DNA from: Candidatus Parcubacteria bacterium
GTDB lineage: Bacteria > Patescibacteriota > Patescibacteriia > Patescibacteriales > UBA12075
Reading direction: 5' to 3'
Assembly (NCBI GenBank): GCA_963827735.1
Contig: CAWHBO010000001.1
Location: 40,297-104,296 of the forward strand
DNA: 64,000 nucleotides
The notes under the pieces were generated by a model that did not search any database, had not been told where the DNA came from, and saw only the letters and a program-made list of their open reading frames with translations. The first letter of the stretch is position 1. Every line of letters starts with the position of its first letter. Positions 51,312-61,741 of the stretch are shown here, one piece after another. The position numbers and the translations under genes were made by a program.

Positions 51312-53174
51312 TTATTTAGTTTCACTTAACGCCGCCGCGCTCGTCGTCGCAACTTCCACCGTTTCAGATAATCTATATAATGTAAAATCTTCCGTTATCT
51401 TTTTAACTTCCTTAATCTCAAGCCCGAAGTCCTTAAGCCTTCTGGAATTCAGGTATTCAAAGTCGCGGTCCGGGAAGCGGAAATTATAGTAATAGACCGG
51501 GATGAATTTAACCAGATTTTTGTACTCCGCCACCATGTTCTGGTCGGTGAAATTTCCGACAATCACTTTTCTTTCCGGAAAGACCAGTTTGTCATGATAC
51601 ATGGTGATGATCGCGGAATTGCTTTCGGTTGTAGCTATGAGCTTTTGCCATTCAATCTTGCTTTCTACCTGGCGCCTGGCAGTGAATATCAAACCTTCCT
51701 CTGAGCCGTATAAAACGAATCCGACTGAAGTGAAGATCGTCACGGCCACGATAACCGCGCGCAAGCTGTTGGCAAAAAATTTGCGCGAAAGCCATTTCTT
51801 ATAGTAATCCTTTTCCGCCAATCCCCGCTTGAGCGGAATCCGAAAAAGTTCGCCCAGCGCCCACGTCAGTTTTATAATAAAATATGAAACGAAAGGGATG
51901 AGGCCAAGATAGATCGGCAGCCAGTAGCGCGTGTAAGAATTTCCGATCGTAAATTGTTTCGGGTCAGGATTGTCATGGAACTCCCAGCTGCCATAATACA
52001 AAACCAAAATTGATGCGGACACAGCAAAGGCAAACAAATATGCGACGTGGCCGATTTTAACTTTTCTGAAATTCAGGAAGAAAGCGATGGCTCCGAATAT
52101 TGCCGGCCAAAACAGCAATGGAAACATTTTTACGAAATAGTAGTACAACATCTTGAGGCTGTCTTTGGGGTGGATGCCAAAATGAAACACTCCGGTTTTA
52201 ACTGTCGTGATGACGCCATCACCCTGCCTCGGCGACCCGATTACCGCTGTTTCCAAGAAACTCGTACCGGCTTTCGTGATGCGTTCAATCGTCTGATTCA
52301 TTTCATTGTAGCCGCCGAAAAAGTATGAGCCATAAAGAATCTTGTTATATGAAAGAGCGGGAATTATAGCTATGATAAAAAAACCAAAAAAAATAAGGAT
52401 CTTGGCGAATGATATTTTCTTTATGTTAAAAATCCAAAGGATAAAAAACATTGGTACGAGCCAGATGAGCTCGGATGCCCTGGTGATAACTGAAAGCCCG
52501 ACAAAAAAGCCCGCCAGCGCTGAATATAAAAACCAAAGCAAATTCTTGTTCCAGATTTTCCAAGTCAAAAATTTCAATTTATCCTGTGATTTTCTCCCCA
52601 TTAAAACCAAATAATAAATTCCGATGATCAAAAACACCACAAACAGGACATTATGAAACATGCTTCTGGCGGTATAATATAAATAAGGAGGAAATCCCGC
52701 CAAAATGATCGCTGAAATCAAGGCGTTGGTCTTGCCAAAGAATTCTTTAACCAGAAAATAAAAAAAGATGATTCCAAGGGCGGCAAAGAACGGAGTTAAA
52801 AATGGAAGGACTTGGTAGCCAAAAACGCTCACGATCTTACCGTAAACAATGACCAGTCCCAGAAAACTTACCGGCTTGATCTCGCCATAATCCGAACGGA
52901 AACTTCTGGGGTGCATGATATCTTTCGTCACAAAATTATATTTTTCATCAATCACCATTTTTCCGGTCTGTCCGTAAAGCTTGGCAAAAACATAATTGGC
53001 AGTTTCATCCGGCGAAGTCCATTTGACGAAATCCAATTGCTTGGGATCTTTAGCATGGCTTTGCGTAAAAAAATTAAAGCTTCCGGCCGCAATGAAAAAA
53101 ACGCCTGCTAAGCTAAGGATTGCCAGCAAACGCCAATGTTTTATAAATTTATTTTTTATATCCGATATCGTCAT
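51312..53174 (-). CDS. GT-C fold membrane glycosyltransferase (PMT/ArnT-like)
   Basis: SPDE after TM1, many TMs and a YTRYWLP motif. Confidence 0.75.
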   Translation of the reverse strand: MTISDIKNKFIKHWRLLAILSLAGVFFIAAGSFNFFTQSHAKDPKQLDFVKWTSPDETANYVFAKLYGQTGKMVIDEKYNFVTKDIMHPRSFRSDYGEIKPVSFLGLVIVYGKIVSVFGYQVLPFLTPFFAALGIIFFYFLVKEFFGKTNALISAIILAGFPPYLYYTARSMFHNVLFVVFLIIGIYYLVLMGRKSQDKLKFLTWKIWNKNLLWFLYSALAGFFVGLSVITRASELIWLVPMFFILWIFNIKKISFAKILIFFGFFIIAIIPALSYNKILYGSYFFGGYNEMNQTIERITKAGTSFLETAVIGSPRQGDGVITTVKTGVFHFGIHPKDSLKMLYYYFVKMFPLLFWPAIFGAIAFFLNFRKVKIGHVAYLFAFAVSASILVLYYGSWEFHDNPDPKQFTIGNSYTRYWLPIYLGLIPFVSYFIIKLTWALGELFRIPLKRGLAEKDYYKKWLSRKFFANSLRAVIVAVTIFTSVGFVLYGSEEGLIFTARRQVESKIEWQKLIATTESNSAIITMYHDKLVFPERKVIVGNFTDQNMVAEYKNLVKFIPVYYYNFRFPDRDFEYLNSRRLKDFGLEIKEVKKITEDFTLYRLSETVEVATTSAAALSETK

Positions 53175-53202
53175 TATTTTGTTGTTTTAAAAACAATCCA
53201 AT

Positions 53203-53811
53203 TTACATGCCATGCGTAACCAAACTTACCAAGGCAAATGCAATGGCGAGATAAAATGTGCCGGAAGCTATATGAAAAAGACTTGCCCAGTTAAACACAA
53301 CTGCCAAGAGCAGAAGAGAAACACCGGAAACCTGCAACCACATTTTGATCTTTCCCCAAACATTAGCCTGGACATGACCGCCAATTCGGAGTCGCCGCCA
53401 AGCTAAAAATATAAAGATCATTTCCAAAAATATGATCACGATTGAAGCAAAAAAATCAATATATCTTAAAACAATCGTAAACACCATGGAACCGATCAGG
53501 ATTTTATCAGCCAGCGGATCATATATTTTCCCCCATTCCGTAATTTGATTTCTGGTTCTGGCCATGGCGCCGTCAATCGCGTCCGAAAAAGCGACAATCA
53601 AAAAAACCCAAAGCCCAACCTGATAGTATTCAAAAAAAGTTAAAAGAATCACCGCCGGGGTCGCATAAAAACGAAACAAAGTGATATGATTCGGACATAT
53701 CCATTTTGGGAAAAGCTTTAAAAATGTTTTTTCAAAAAACTTATCATGAAATTGCAGCTTCTCGGCTTTTTCATAATTCGTATCCAAATTTGAAATTTTA
53801 TACCAAGACAT
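53203..53811 (-). CDS. CDP-alcohol phosphatidyltransferase (PgsA-like)
   Basis: PNHIT..R, DAIDGAMAR..T.WGKIYDPLADK and GKIK motifs. Confidence 0.92.
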   Translation of the reverse strand: MSWYKISNLDTNYEKAEKLQFHDKFFEKTFLKLFPKWICPNHITLFRFYATPAVILLTFFEYYQVGLWVFLIVAFSDAIDGAMARTRNQITEWGKIYDPLADKILIGSMVFTIVLRYIDFFASIVIIFLEMIFIFLAWRRLRIGGHVQANVWGKIKMWLQVSGVSLLLLAVVFNWASLFHIASGTFYLAIAFALVSLVTHGM

Positions 53812-53851
53812 AGTATACTTAGATTAGAATCTTTTTTATAAACAACTTTTC

Positions 53852-55850
53852 ATGCCTGACTTCGTAAAAAAATTACTCTTGTATTTTCTGGCCGCTTTGA
53901 GCCTCGTCTCAATTTCCAGCGGTTTTGTATATAAAATCTATAAATTGGATTTTTTTGGTGTGGTCGCAAGCCTTTGTCTGGCGGCCATATCGTTTATTAT
54001 TGTACTATTTTTAGAGAAAAAAATCAAGACGAATTCAGTCAACCTTTTAAAGAACAACCAAAAGCTTATCTTGCAAAATTATTTCAAGGATAAAAGCAAC
54101 TTCAAGCCTTTAAACCTCATAATTTTGGTTTTGTATCTTTGCTCAGCTGTTTTTTCAATTTACCTGATGATAAAAAATAGCACGACCGAGCCCCTCATCT
54201 CACCTTGGCAGGTTCTGCATTGGCCATTTTTTACAAGCTTTATCGCCGCCACCGTACTGCTTTTCATTAATATTTTTAAAAACACCAAACTTTCTTTTTT
54301 TCTGGTTATCATTCATTATTTTTTAAGTTTTTCCCTTGCGGTTTTTGTATACAAGCTGGGATTCGGTTTTGATCCCTTCATACATAACGCGACCATGGAT
54401 TACATCAGCCTGCACGGCCAAGCGCTCCCCAAACCATTTTACTATCTGGGGTATTACGGCCTCATCGTGATCACGCATAAACTTACCCTCATACCCATAG
54501 CCCCGCTTGATAAATTCATCGTTCCGGCTCTCAGCGCGATTTATCTGCCCTTCGCGGCCTATCAAGTCGGCAGGAAATGGTTTTCAGACAAAAAAAAGAT
54601 CTTGCTCTCAATCATTCTTTTCTTGATCCTCCCGTTCGGTTTTTTCATCATATCAACTCCGCAAAACTTGGCATTTTTATTTCTTCTGCTCGTAATCATG
54701 TTTCGGGCTTACCTGCTCTGATCATTTTGATTTGATCATGATATACGTTCTAAGTTTGGCGGCCATAAGCTATCAGCCGATCGCCGGACTCCCGGCGCTT
54801 TTTCTTGCCATCGGTTTAACCATCTATCATTCCGGTTTAAAAAAATTCAAGAAGCTCGCTTTTTTGCTTTTGTTTGTCTTGAATGCTATCGCCCTTCCCA
54901 TGGCCTTTCATGTTGTTAACAATTTCGACGGACAGGCTGGCGCGGAAAACCCTGCGGTTTCATCATCTCAAGCTATAAAAAACTTTTTCAGCATAAGTTT
55001 CGCCGGGAGCGAAAATGCTCTGCTCAATTTCATTTATTTCTATATTTTCAACATCCACTGGCTGATTTTTTTGCTGGCAGCCGCAGGGCTGATCATCGCC
55101 GTCAAATACCGCAAAGAGTGTAAAATCACTTTTTTGTATCTGTCGCTTTCGCTTTCTCTCTTTCTTTCCTTCTTTTTGGCAAAATCTTTATCGTTTTCTT
55201 ATCTGATTGACTACGAACAAAACAATTTCACAGACAGGATTCTTTCGGCCGCGATATTTTTCTTGTTGCCTTTCGTGTTCATTTCATTCCACGCTTTTTT
55301 TACAAAACTGGAAGCGCAGACAAAGATTTTTAAGCTTATAATCATCATCTCTCTTGCCTTATTGCTGACAGCTTCTTTGTACGGTAGCTACCCGCGAAAA
55401 GATAACTACTTTGATTCGCACGGATATGCCGTTTCTGAGCATGACGTTGCCGCCGCAAACTGGATTGATGGCGATGCCCAAGGCGATTACGTCGTGCTGG
55501 CAAATCAGCAAGTGTCAGCGGCCGCCTTATCGCAATATGGCTTTAAAAAATATTATACAATATCCCCCCTCTCCGGACTGGGAGAGGGGCAGGGGGTGAG
55601 GGAAATTTTTTACTATCCCATTCCAACCGGCGGCAATCTTTATCAGATGTATCTTGATATGGTCTATACAAAACCTGCCCGCGCAACAATGCTGAAAGCC
55701 ATGGATCTGACAGGAGCAAATACGTCATATTTTGTGCTTAACAAATACTGGTGGGCCTCAACCAAAATCCTGAGCGAAGCCAAGCTTGAAGCGGATAGTT
55801 TTCAGGAAATAAACAATGGTGAAATATTTATTTTTAAATTTACAAGATAA
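53852..55850 (+). CDS. Polytopic membrane protein (GT-C-like), split into two ORFs by a 1-nt insertion near 54701
   Basis: Removing one T from ATGTTTCGGG gives IMFGLTCSDHFDLIMIYV, joining 53852..54721 to 54732..55850; GFDPFIH motif. Confidence 0.7.
55564..55601 (-). repeat. REP-like palindrome (CCTCACCCC..CCCTCTCCC..GGAGAGGGG type) inserted in frame
   Basis: GC-rich CCCCCCTCTCCGGACTGGGAGAGGGGCAGGGGGTGAGG, read as SPLSGLGEGQGVR inside an AT-rich gene. Confidence 0.75.
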
Positions 55851-55897
55851 AAAAAAATCGCCTGCAAGGTTTTTGTCCTTGAACAGGCGTTTAAAAT

Positions 55898-56152
55898 TTA
55901 AACAATGAAACTTTTTTTGCAATAAGGGCATCGTTTTTTTATCCCAAGTCCGGATGAAAAATATCCTTCAAGCAACTCGTTGCAATGCGGACATCTTTTC
56001 CTATACGATGAGTAAGTTGCGCCGTTACCGCCATTAGAATCAATATTTATTGTCCCTGAGCAGTAATTGCAAGAATAACTTTCAAAATATACAAATCTGC
56101 CATCATTTAATTCACCGCAATGAGGGCATCTTATGCGGTATGTCATTCCCAT
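55898..56152 (-). CDS. Small Cys-rich zinc-ribbon protein (4 CxxC)
   Basis: CPHC, CNYC, CPHC and CPYC motifs; GGGAGG RBS. Confidence 0.7.
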   Translation of the reverse strand: MGMTYRIRCPHCGELNDGRFVYFESYSCNYCSGTINIDSNGGNGATYSSYRKRCPHCNELLEGYFSSGLGIKKRCPYCKKSFIV

Positions 56153-56167
56153 TTACTGTCCTCCCTT

Positions 56168-56461
56168 TTACTGATAACGAATTGCAATAATATCTTTATT
56201 GCATTTATAAAAAAATTGAGATTCTCCTCCTGAAATAAAATCAATTTCAACTTTTGCCTTTTGTGTTTTCGCTTCCTGTAATACTTCTTTGTACACTTCA
56301 ATATTTTGTACTTTTTCAATGATTATTGTAGTGTTTTCGTCTAACATTTTAATCGTGTTTTCTCCAATCTCGGTAATCACTCCTTCTTCGGAAATGGGAC
56401 CACAAGAAGCAAGACCAAAAAAACAAAAAGTAATCAACATAATTATAAAAATTTTTTTCAT
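56168..56461 (-). CDS. Small putative lipoprotein
   Basis: MKKIFIIMLITFCFFGLASC lipobox-like signal; GGAGG RBS. Confidence 0.65.
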   Translation of the reverse strand: MKKIFIIMLITFCFFGLASCGPISEEGVITEIGENTIKMLDENTTIIIEKVQNIEVYKEVLQEAKTQKAKVEIDFISGGESQFFYKCNKDIIAIRYQ

Positions 56462-56616
56462 TTTTTAAAGAACCTCCAAATTTTTAATATCAAGCTTAAT
56501 TGCTCAATGCATTATATAAACATATATTTAAGTATTTGTCAATACAAGTAGTATTTTATAATAAAATAAGCCATTTTAAAGGCCTATTTTAAAAAATTTA
56601 TATATTGATTGATCAT

Positions 56617-57879
56617 TTACTTCTTATAGATCGGATTCATCTTCCTAAGTCTCGCAACAATCGGCGGCAAAATTTTTATCACTCGGTCAATCTCCTCTTT
56701 CGTGTTGTGCTTCCCCACGGTAAATCTGATGGAATAATGCGACACTTCCTTGTCAATGCCCATGGCCAGAAGCACATGGGATGATTTGAGGCTTCCGGAA
56801 GCGCATGCGGAACCAGTGGATACGGCAATGCCTTCAAGATCCAAAGACATCAAAAGCGATTCGCCTTCCACGCCGTTAAAAGAAAAATGCGCGTGAGACG
56901 GGGTTGATGATTCTCTGTCAGTGTTTAAAACTATATCAGGAATTTTTTTGGTAATCCCGTTTACAAGCCTATCTCTCAAGACGGAAATATATTTGTTTGT
57001 TTTGTCTTGTTCTCTGCTCGGCTCCCCTTTTTCTCCAATGCGCAATTGTGCAATCGCCGCGCCCATGCCGACGATTCCGGCCGCGTTGATCGTTCCGCTT
57101 CGCAAATTCTTCTCCTGATGCCCGCCTCTCTGCAAAGCGGCAATTTTTATCCGATCATGCTTATACAAAAGCCCGACGCCTTTGGGTCCGTATATTTTGT
57201 GCGCTGAGAGGGAAAGCATATCAACATAGTTCCACTGCACATCGCAGTTTATAAAATTGGCAGCTTGCGTGGCATCCACGTGGAAAATGATAAAATTTGG
57301 CTTTGCCCCTCTGGTTTTCGGATCAGAATTTTTCCAGTCTTTTTCTCTTCTCTCATTTATCTTTCTGATGATCTTTCCAATCATTTTGATTGGCATGATC
57401 GCGCCAACTTCGGAATTAACCCACATGATTGATACAAAAACAGTTTTGTCACTCAATTCTTTTTTGAATTTTTCAACATCAACGACTCCGTTCTTTTTAA
57501 CCGGAATACGTGAAACTTTTAAGCCGGAATTTTCAAGCTCCCTGAAAGGCTCCAGGACAGCATCATGCTCAACCAGCGAAGTGATAGCGTGCATTTCAGA
57601 ATACTGCTTTCCCTGTGCGATCAAGCTCTTGAAATATCCTTTAATGGCCAAATTGTTGGATTCAGTGGCGCCTGATGTGAAGTAGATATCTCCCGGCTCG
57701 CAATTCAAAAACTTTGCCGCCTGCTCCCGGGCAAGGTCAACGCCGGCTAAAGCCTCCTGCCCAAAAGCATGCATGGAAGACGGATTGCCGAATTTTTGGG
57801 AAAAATATGGAAACATTTTTTTTATCACTTTTTCGTCAACAGGAGTGGTGGCGCTGTGGTCTAGGTATATGGGTTTCAT
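56617..57879 (-). CDS. iscS: Cysteine desulfurase (IscS/NifS type)
   Basis: YLDHSATTP, GNPSS, SAHKIYGPKG and STGSAC motifs. Confidence 0.93.
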   Translation of the reverse strand: MKPIYLDHSATTPVDEKVIKKMFPYFSQKFGNPSSMHAFGQEALAGVDLAREQAAKFLNCEPGDIYFTSGATESNNLAIKGYFKSLIAQGKQYSEMHAITSLVEHDAVLEPFRELENSGLKVSRIPVKKNGVVDVEKFKKELSDKTVFVSIMWVNSEVGAIMPIKMIGKIIRKINERREKDWKNSDPKTRGAKPNFIIFHVDATQAANFINCDVQWNYVDMLSLSAHKIYGPKGVGLLYKHDRIKIAALQRGGHQEKNLRSGTINAAGIVGMGAAIAQLRIGEKGEPSREQDKTNKYISVLRDRLVNGITKKIPDIVLNTDRESSTPSHAHFSFNGVEGESLLMSLDLEGIAVSTGSACASGSLKSSHVLLAMGIDKEVSHYSIRFTVGKHNTKEEIDRVIKILPPIVARLRKMNPIYKK

Positions 57880-57948
57880 ATTTATTATATATAATTCAAA
57901 ATGTAAATCTCAAATGCAAAATGACAGTTAAAAATTTAAAATTGTTTT

Positions 57949-58076
57949 TTAATGTCAAATTTCCAATTTCAAATTTCCAATCAAATTCAAATAACAAATG
58001 ACAAAATATTAATATAAAATTTGAAATTAGGACTTTGAACTTGATTTGTCATTGGAAATTGGATATTTGACATTTT
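57949..58076. mobile_element. Second copy (inverted) of the MITE-like element at 6391-6525
   Basis: Its reverse complement aligns along the length of 6391-6525; same TIRs; abuts the nifU stop. Confidence 0.75.
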
Positions 58077-58320
58077 AAACTCCCACCACTTCCTTAACTT
58101 CCGGCACCTCTTCCCTCACCGTCTTCTCCACTCCTTCTTTTAAGGTAATTTTCGCCATCGGGCAATGCATGCACATTCCCTGAAGCGCGACTGCCACCAC
58201 CCCGGTCTTTTCATTCCAAGAAACAAACTGCACATCCCCGCCATCCATCTGCAACCCCGGCCTGACTTTTTCCAAAGCTTTTTTAATCCTTGTTTCAATT
58301 GAAATATTTTTCTTTTCCAT
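58075..58320 (-). CDS. NifU C-terminal / NfuA-like Fe-S carrier
   Basis: VRPGLQMDGGDV..LQGMCMHCPMA..TLK.GVE motif. Confidence 0.92.
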   Translation of the reverse strand: MEKKNISIETRIKKALEKVRPGLQMDGGDVQFVSWNEKTGVVAVALQGMCMHCPMAKITLKEGVEKTVREEVPEVKEVVGV

Positions 58321-58333
58321 ATAAGTCTTAATG

Positions 58334-58366
58334 TTATGAGTTATGAGTTATGAGTTATGAGTTATG
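58334..58366. repeat. Solo (TTATGAG)4+ heptamer array overlapping the iscU stop
   Basis: Same unit as the four-helix-bundle flanks; gives IscU the ..THNS* tail, like the flippase ..SHNS* tail. Confidence 0.9.
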
Positions 58367-58719
58367 TAATCTTTGATTGCCGCCTGCAAAGCATCAACTC
58401 CAAGCATGGAACAGTGAATTTTCTGCACCGGCAAGCCGCCAAGATCGTTTACGATTGAATCTTTGGTAATTTTCAAAGCTTCATCCAAAGTTTTTCCCTT
58501 CACCAACTCTGTCAACGCCGAAGACACGGCAATCGCCGCGGCGCAACCAAGAGTTTCAAACTTTATATCTTTGATTTTGTTGTCCTTGATCTTTAAATAG
58601 ATCTTCATCACATCGCCGCAAGTCGGATTGCCTTCCTGCCCAATGGCATCGGCATCCTCAATCACACCCTGATTGCGGGGATTCTTGAAATGATCCATTA
58701 CTTTGTCAGTATACATCAT
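58348..58719 (-). CDS. iscU: Fe-S cluster scaffold IscU/NifU N-terminal type
   Basis: DHFKNPRN, GNPTCGD, GCAAAIA and LPVQKIHCS motifs. Confidence 0.93.
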   Translation of the reverse strand: MMYTDKVMDHFKNPRNQGVIEDADAIGQEGNPTCGDVMKIYLKIKDNKIKDIKFETLGCAAAIAVSSALTELVKGKTLDEALKITKDSIVNDLGGLPVQKIHCSMLGVDALQAAIKDYITHNS

Positions 58720-58760
58720 AATGTTAATTTAAATTACAAAATAAAACCTTTAATGATCTA

Positions 58761-58822
58761 TTTCTAATTTCTAATTTCTAATTTCTAATTTCTAATTTCT
58801 AATTTCTAATTTCTAATTTCTA
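58761..58822. repeat. Perfect (TTTCTAA)8+ heptamer microsatellite
   Basis: 8 exact units plus TTTCTA, overlapping the Rrf2 stop codon. Confidence 0.95.
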
Positions 58823-59221
58823 TAAAAGTTCCCCCAAATTCATAGACTTAAGCGTTGTATTTACCGCCTCCTGCACTTTTGACAAAACCTTTGTCGCTCC
58901 GCAATGGCATTTGGCCGCGCAGTAAATTTTTCCATCCTCACCCATGCAGTAAAACGGCGACATTTTTCCTTCCAAAGCTTTTACGATATCAAAAACAATG
59001 ATTTCCTTGGATTTTTTTGCAAGGCTATATCCCCCGCCCGCACCCATTTCCGATTTTATCAGCTCAGCTTTTTTCAGTTGCGCGAATAACCTTTCCAAAT
59101 ATTTCAAAGAAATATTTTCTTTATCCGCGATTTTTTTGAGCGCCAAACTTCCCTGCTTTTCGTGCCTGGCCAGTTCAATCATTGCCCTCAGGCCATAAGT
59201 TGTCTTGGTTGAAAACTTCAT
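58820..59221 (-). CDS. Rrf2 family regulator (IscR-like)
   Basis: STKTTYGLRAM, YLERLF..LK..G.GGGY.L and a Cys cluster; heads the isc operon. Confidence 0.92.
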   Translation of the reverse strand: MKFSTKTTYGLRAMIELARHEKQGSLALKKIADKENISLKYLERLFAQLKKAELIKSEMGAGGGYSLAKKSKEIIVFDIVKALEGKMSPFYCMGEDGKIYCAAKCHCGATKVLSKVQEAVNTTLKSMNLGELL

Positions 59222-59228
59222 ATTTTAT

Positions 59229-59284
59229 ATATCCTACCAAACTAGTTGGTATTATCAATATATCATTTCTATTTTTTTTGTCAA
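59229..59284 (-). promoter_or_regulatory. isc operon promoter with an imperfect palindromic Rrf2/IscR-like operator
   Basis: TTGACA (59279-59284), TGaTATATT, then ATAATACCAACTAGTTTGGTAGGATAT between the -10 and the ATG. Confidence 0.6.
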
Positions 59285-59345
59285 GAATAATAAAACCCCG
59301 AGACAATCATTTCTGTCCCGGGGTGATGAATGGAGAGAATTATTT

Positions 59346-60065
59346 CTATTCTTCTTGAAACTTATGTATCTGCGAAGAAATTTTCACAACTAGGCCATCT
59401 TTTAATAGCTTTTGATTTATCGTACTTTCTATGTACGAATTTACTGCCGCAATGTCAATCAATCCTTTTTCTTTTGCAATCTTCTCAATTTCATTTTTAT
59501 TATTAAGAAAAAAAGATAAAGTTTGATTTTTAACAATTCCTTCCGGGCGATCTTTATATTTAGTAATTTTTTGCATACGGCGCTCTGGTTTACTATAAAA
59601 TTTGGTTGGATTAACCATTTTCCATTTTTCAAAAATGGTTATCTGGTAATACAAATTATTTTCTTTCACAAATATATCTGAAATGCTTTTTTGTTTACCT
59701 TTATAATATGCACCTTGCCAACCCTGAGGTATGTTTACAACTCCTGAATTTTGTGGAGTAAACAATCCCCACTTGTGATAAATCGGTTCACCAGCTTGAT
59801 TGAACGTAGCTACATTGCCTTTTCCAAAGATTACCGGAAACTCAAAATATATTGGAGTAAAAATCACATATGCGCTAATCATTAAAAAAGCTAAACAATT
59901 TCTAAAATCTTTAGCTTTTTTTATTTTTTCATAATAAAAGTGCTTATGTAGTTCCTCTACGTATTTTGGTACCTTATATATTTTATATAATACAAGCCTT
60001 GCCAATATATCTCCACATTTCACAGCAAAATATGCCCAAATTATTCCAATAATAACATATGCCAT
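59346..60065 (-). CDS. Hypothetical membrane protein (orphan, AT-rich)
   Basis: 239-aa ORF with two TMs, AAGGAG RBS and a downstream hairpin at 59295-59324. Confidence 0.65.
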   Translation of the reverse strand: MAYVIIGIIWAYFAVKCGDILARLVLYKIYKVPKYVEELHKHFYYEKIKKAKDFRNCLAFLMISAYVIFTPIYFEFPVIFGKGNVATFNQAGEPIYHKWGLFTPQNSGVVNIPQGWQGAYYKGKQKSISDIFVKENNLYYQITIFEKWKMVNPTKFYSKPERRMQKITKYKDRPEGIVKNQTLSFFLNNKNEIEKIAKEKGLIDIAAVNSYIESTINQKLLKDGLVVKISSQIHKFQEE

Positions 60066-60278
60066 CTTATTCTCTCCTTTTTGCTTATATGATTATTAAA
60101 AATGAAAAGAACTTCCCTTTTTTATTAAAATTAAAAATAACCTATTTTTATTTTTTTGTCAAGTGCTTGACACCTCTCCTCTTTTCCTGTATTATTTACA
60201 GTGTAAACAATAAAACAGCCCCGATGGGCCGTTTTTAATTACTTTAGCAATTATACAGCTAATATTAAACAAATTTAT

Positions 60279-60461
60279 ATGAATAAGATAAGCGCATACA
60301 TCAAAGGAGCAATTGAAGAAATGAAGAAAGTTACCTGGCCCACCAAAAAAGAAACCAGAAACTATACGTATCTGGTCATCGGCATCAGCCTGGGTGTGGC
60401 CGCATTTTTGGGCTTGCTTGATCTCCTTTTTTCCATCGGCCTGCAATCCGTTATAAAATAA
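60279..60461 (+). CDS. secE: Preprotein translocase subunit SecE
   Basis: EMKKVTWPTKKE plus TM; precedes nusG; promoter TTGACA-17-TATTAT at 60167-60195. Confidence 0.93.
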   Translation: MNKISAYIKGAIEEMKKVTWPTKKETRNYTYLVIGISLGVAAFLGLLDLLFSIGLQSVIK

Positions 60462-60498
60462 TTAAAATTGATCTCATAAAATTCTAAATTAAAAAAGT

Positions 60499-61044
60499 AT
60501 GGCCAAACAAACTCTCAATCAAGGACGCCGCTGGTATGTTCTTCATACCTACTCCGGATACGAAGAAAACGTTGAAAAAAACCTCAAACAAAGAATTGAA
60601 TCCATGGACATGGAGGATAAGATTTTTAACATCCTGATTCCGGTTGAGAAAAAAATCAAAATCAAGAATGGCAAGCGCAAAGTCGTGGAGGAAAAGATAT
60701 TCCCGGGCTACGTCATGGTGGAAATGGTGGTAACCGACAAATCTTGGTATGTTGTCAGAAACACGCCGAACGTTACCGGCTTTATCGGCACTGGAACGAT
60801 TCCCACCCCGATTTCTGAAAAAGAAATCAAGGGTCTTCAGAAAAGAATGGGCGTTGACGAGCCGAAATTTAAGATTGACGTTGTGGAAGGCTCACCTGTG
60901 CGCATCATGGATGGCCCGTTCAAAAATTTGGAAGGCAAAGTCACAAGCATAGATGAAGGAAAAGGCAAGATCAAAGTCCTGGTCAACATGTTCGGTCGCG
61001 AAACGCCGATTGAATTGGATTTCTTGCAAATTAAAAAAATATAA
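60499..61044 (+). CDS. nusG: Transcription termination/antitermination factor NusG
   Basis: WYVLHTYSGYE, FPGYV, RNTPNVTGF, GPF and FGRETP motifs. Confidence 0.97.
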   Translation: MAKQTLNQGRRWYVLHTYSGYEENVEKNLKQRIESMDMEDKIFNILIPVEKKIKIKNGKRKVVEEKIFPGYVMVEMVVTDKSWYVVRNTPNVTGFIGTGTIPTPISEKEIKGLQKRMGVDEPKFKIDVVEGSPVRIMDGPFKNLEGKVTSIDEGKGKIKVLVNMFGRETPIELDFLQIKKI

Positions 61045-61200
61045 GATTACAAATTACAAATCATTACAAATATACAAATATTTTATCCCCGTCCAATTAA
61101 GGATAAGCTTCTCGGGGCATAAAATTTAATCTAACAAAAATTATTCGCATAATTCGCAATTTGCGGTATTCGCATTTATTCGCGGATTAGCATCATACCT

Positions 61201-61623
61201 ATGGCTAAAAAAATTAAGACAATCATAAAATTACAAATTCCGGCTGGGGCCGCCAATCCTGCTCCTCCGGTTGGACCAGCTCTCGGGCAGCATGGCTTAC
61301 CGATCCAAGAATTTTGCCAAAAATTCAATGAGGCTTCCAGAGATCGCGCCGGCGACATCGTACCGGTGGAAATCACTGTTTATGAAAACCGGTCATATTC
61401 TTTCATCATGAAAACCTCCCCGGCTTCCATTTTGATCCGGAACGCCGCTGGCATAAAAAAGGGTTCAGGAAAACCATTGACAGAAAAAGTCGGTTCCATC
61501 ACCAAGGCTCAGCTTAAAGAAATTGCCCAAAAGAAACTTTCTGACCTTAACACTGACGACGTAGAGCAAGCAATGAAAATCATAGCCGGCACAGCCAGAC
61601 AGATGGGCGTAGAAATTAAATAA
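61201..61623 (+). CDS. rplK: 50S ribosomal protein L11
   Basis: [22 protein letters not shown] and IAGTARQMG motifs. Confidence 0.97.
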   Translation: MAKKIKTIIKLQIPAGAANPAPPVGPALGQHGLPIQEFCQKFNEASRDRAGDIVPVEITVYENRSYSFIMKTSPASILIRNAAGIKKGSGKPLTEKVGSITKAQLKEIAQKKLSDLNTDDVEQAMKIIAGTARQMGVEIK

Positions 61624-61643
61624 TTATTTTAATAAATAACCTT

Positions 61644-61733
61644 GTGGGAGAGAGAAAGTAGAAGCTATATATTTTAAAGCTATAAAACTTTATGAACTTT
61701 ATAACTTTATAACTTTCAACTCGATTTTACCAC
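61644..61733 (+). promoter_or_regulatory. Putative L1-binding leader of rplA with a repeat-expanded loop
   Basis: GTGGGAG ... ACCAC closing motif of the type seen between rplK and rplA in Firmicutes; the loop holds AACTTTAT repeats. Confidence 0.5.
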
Positions 61734-61741
61734 GAACAACT

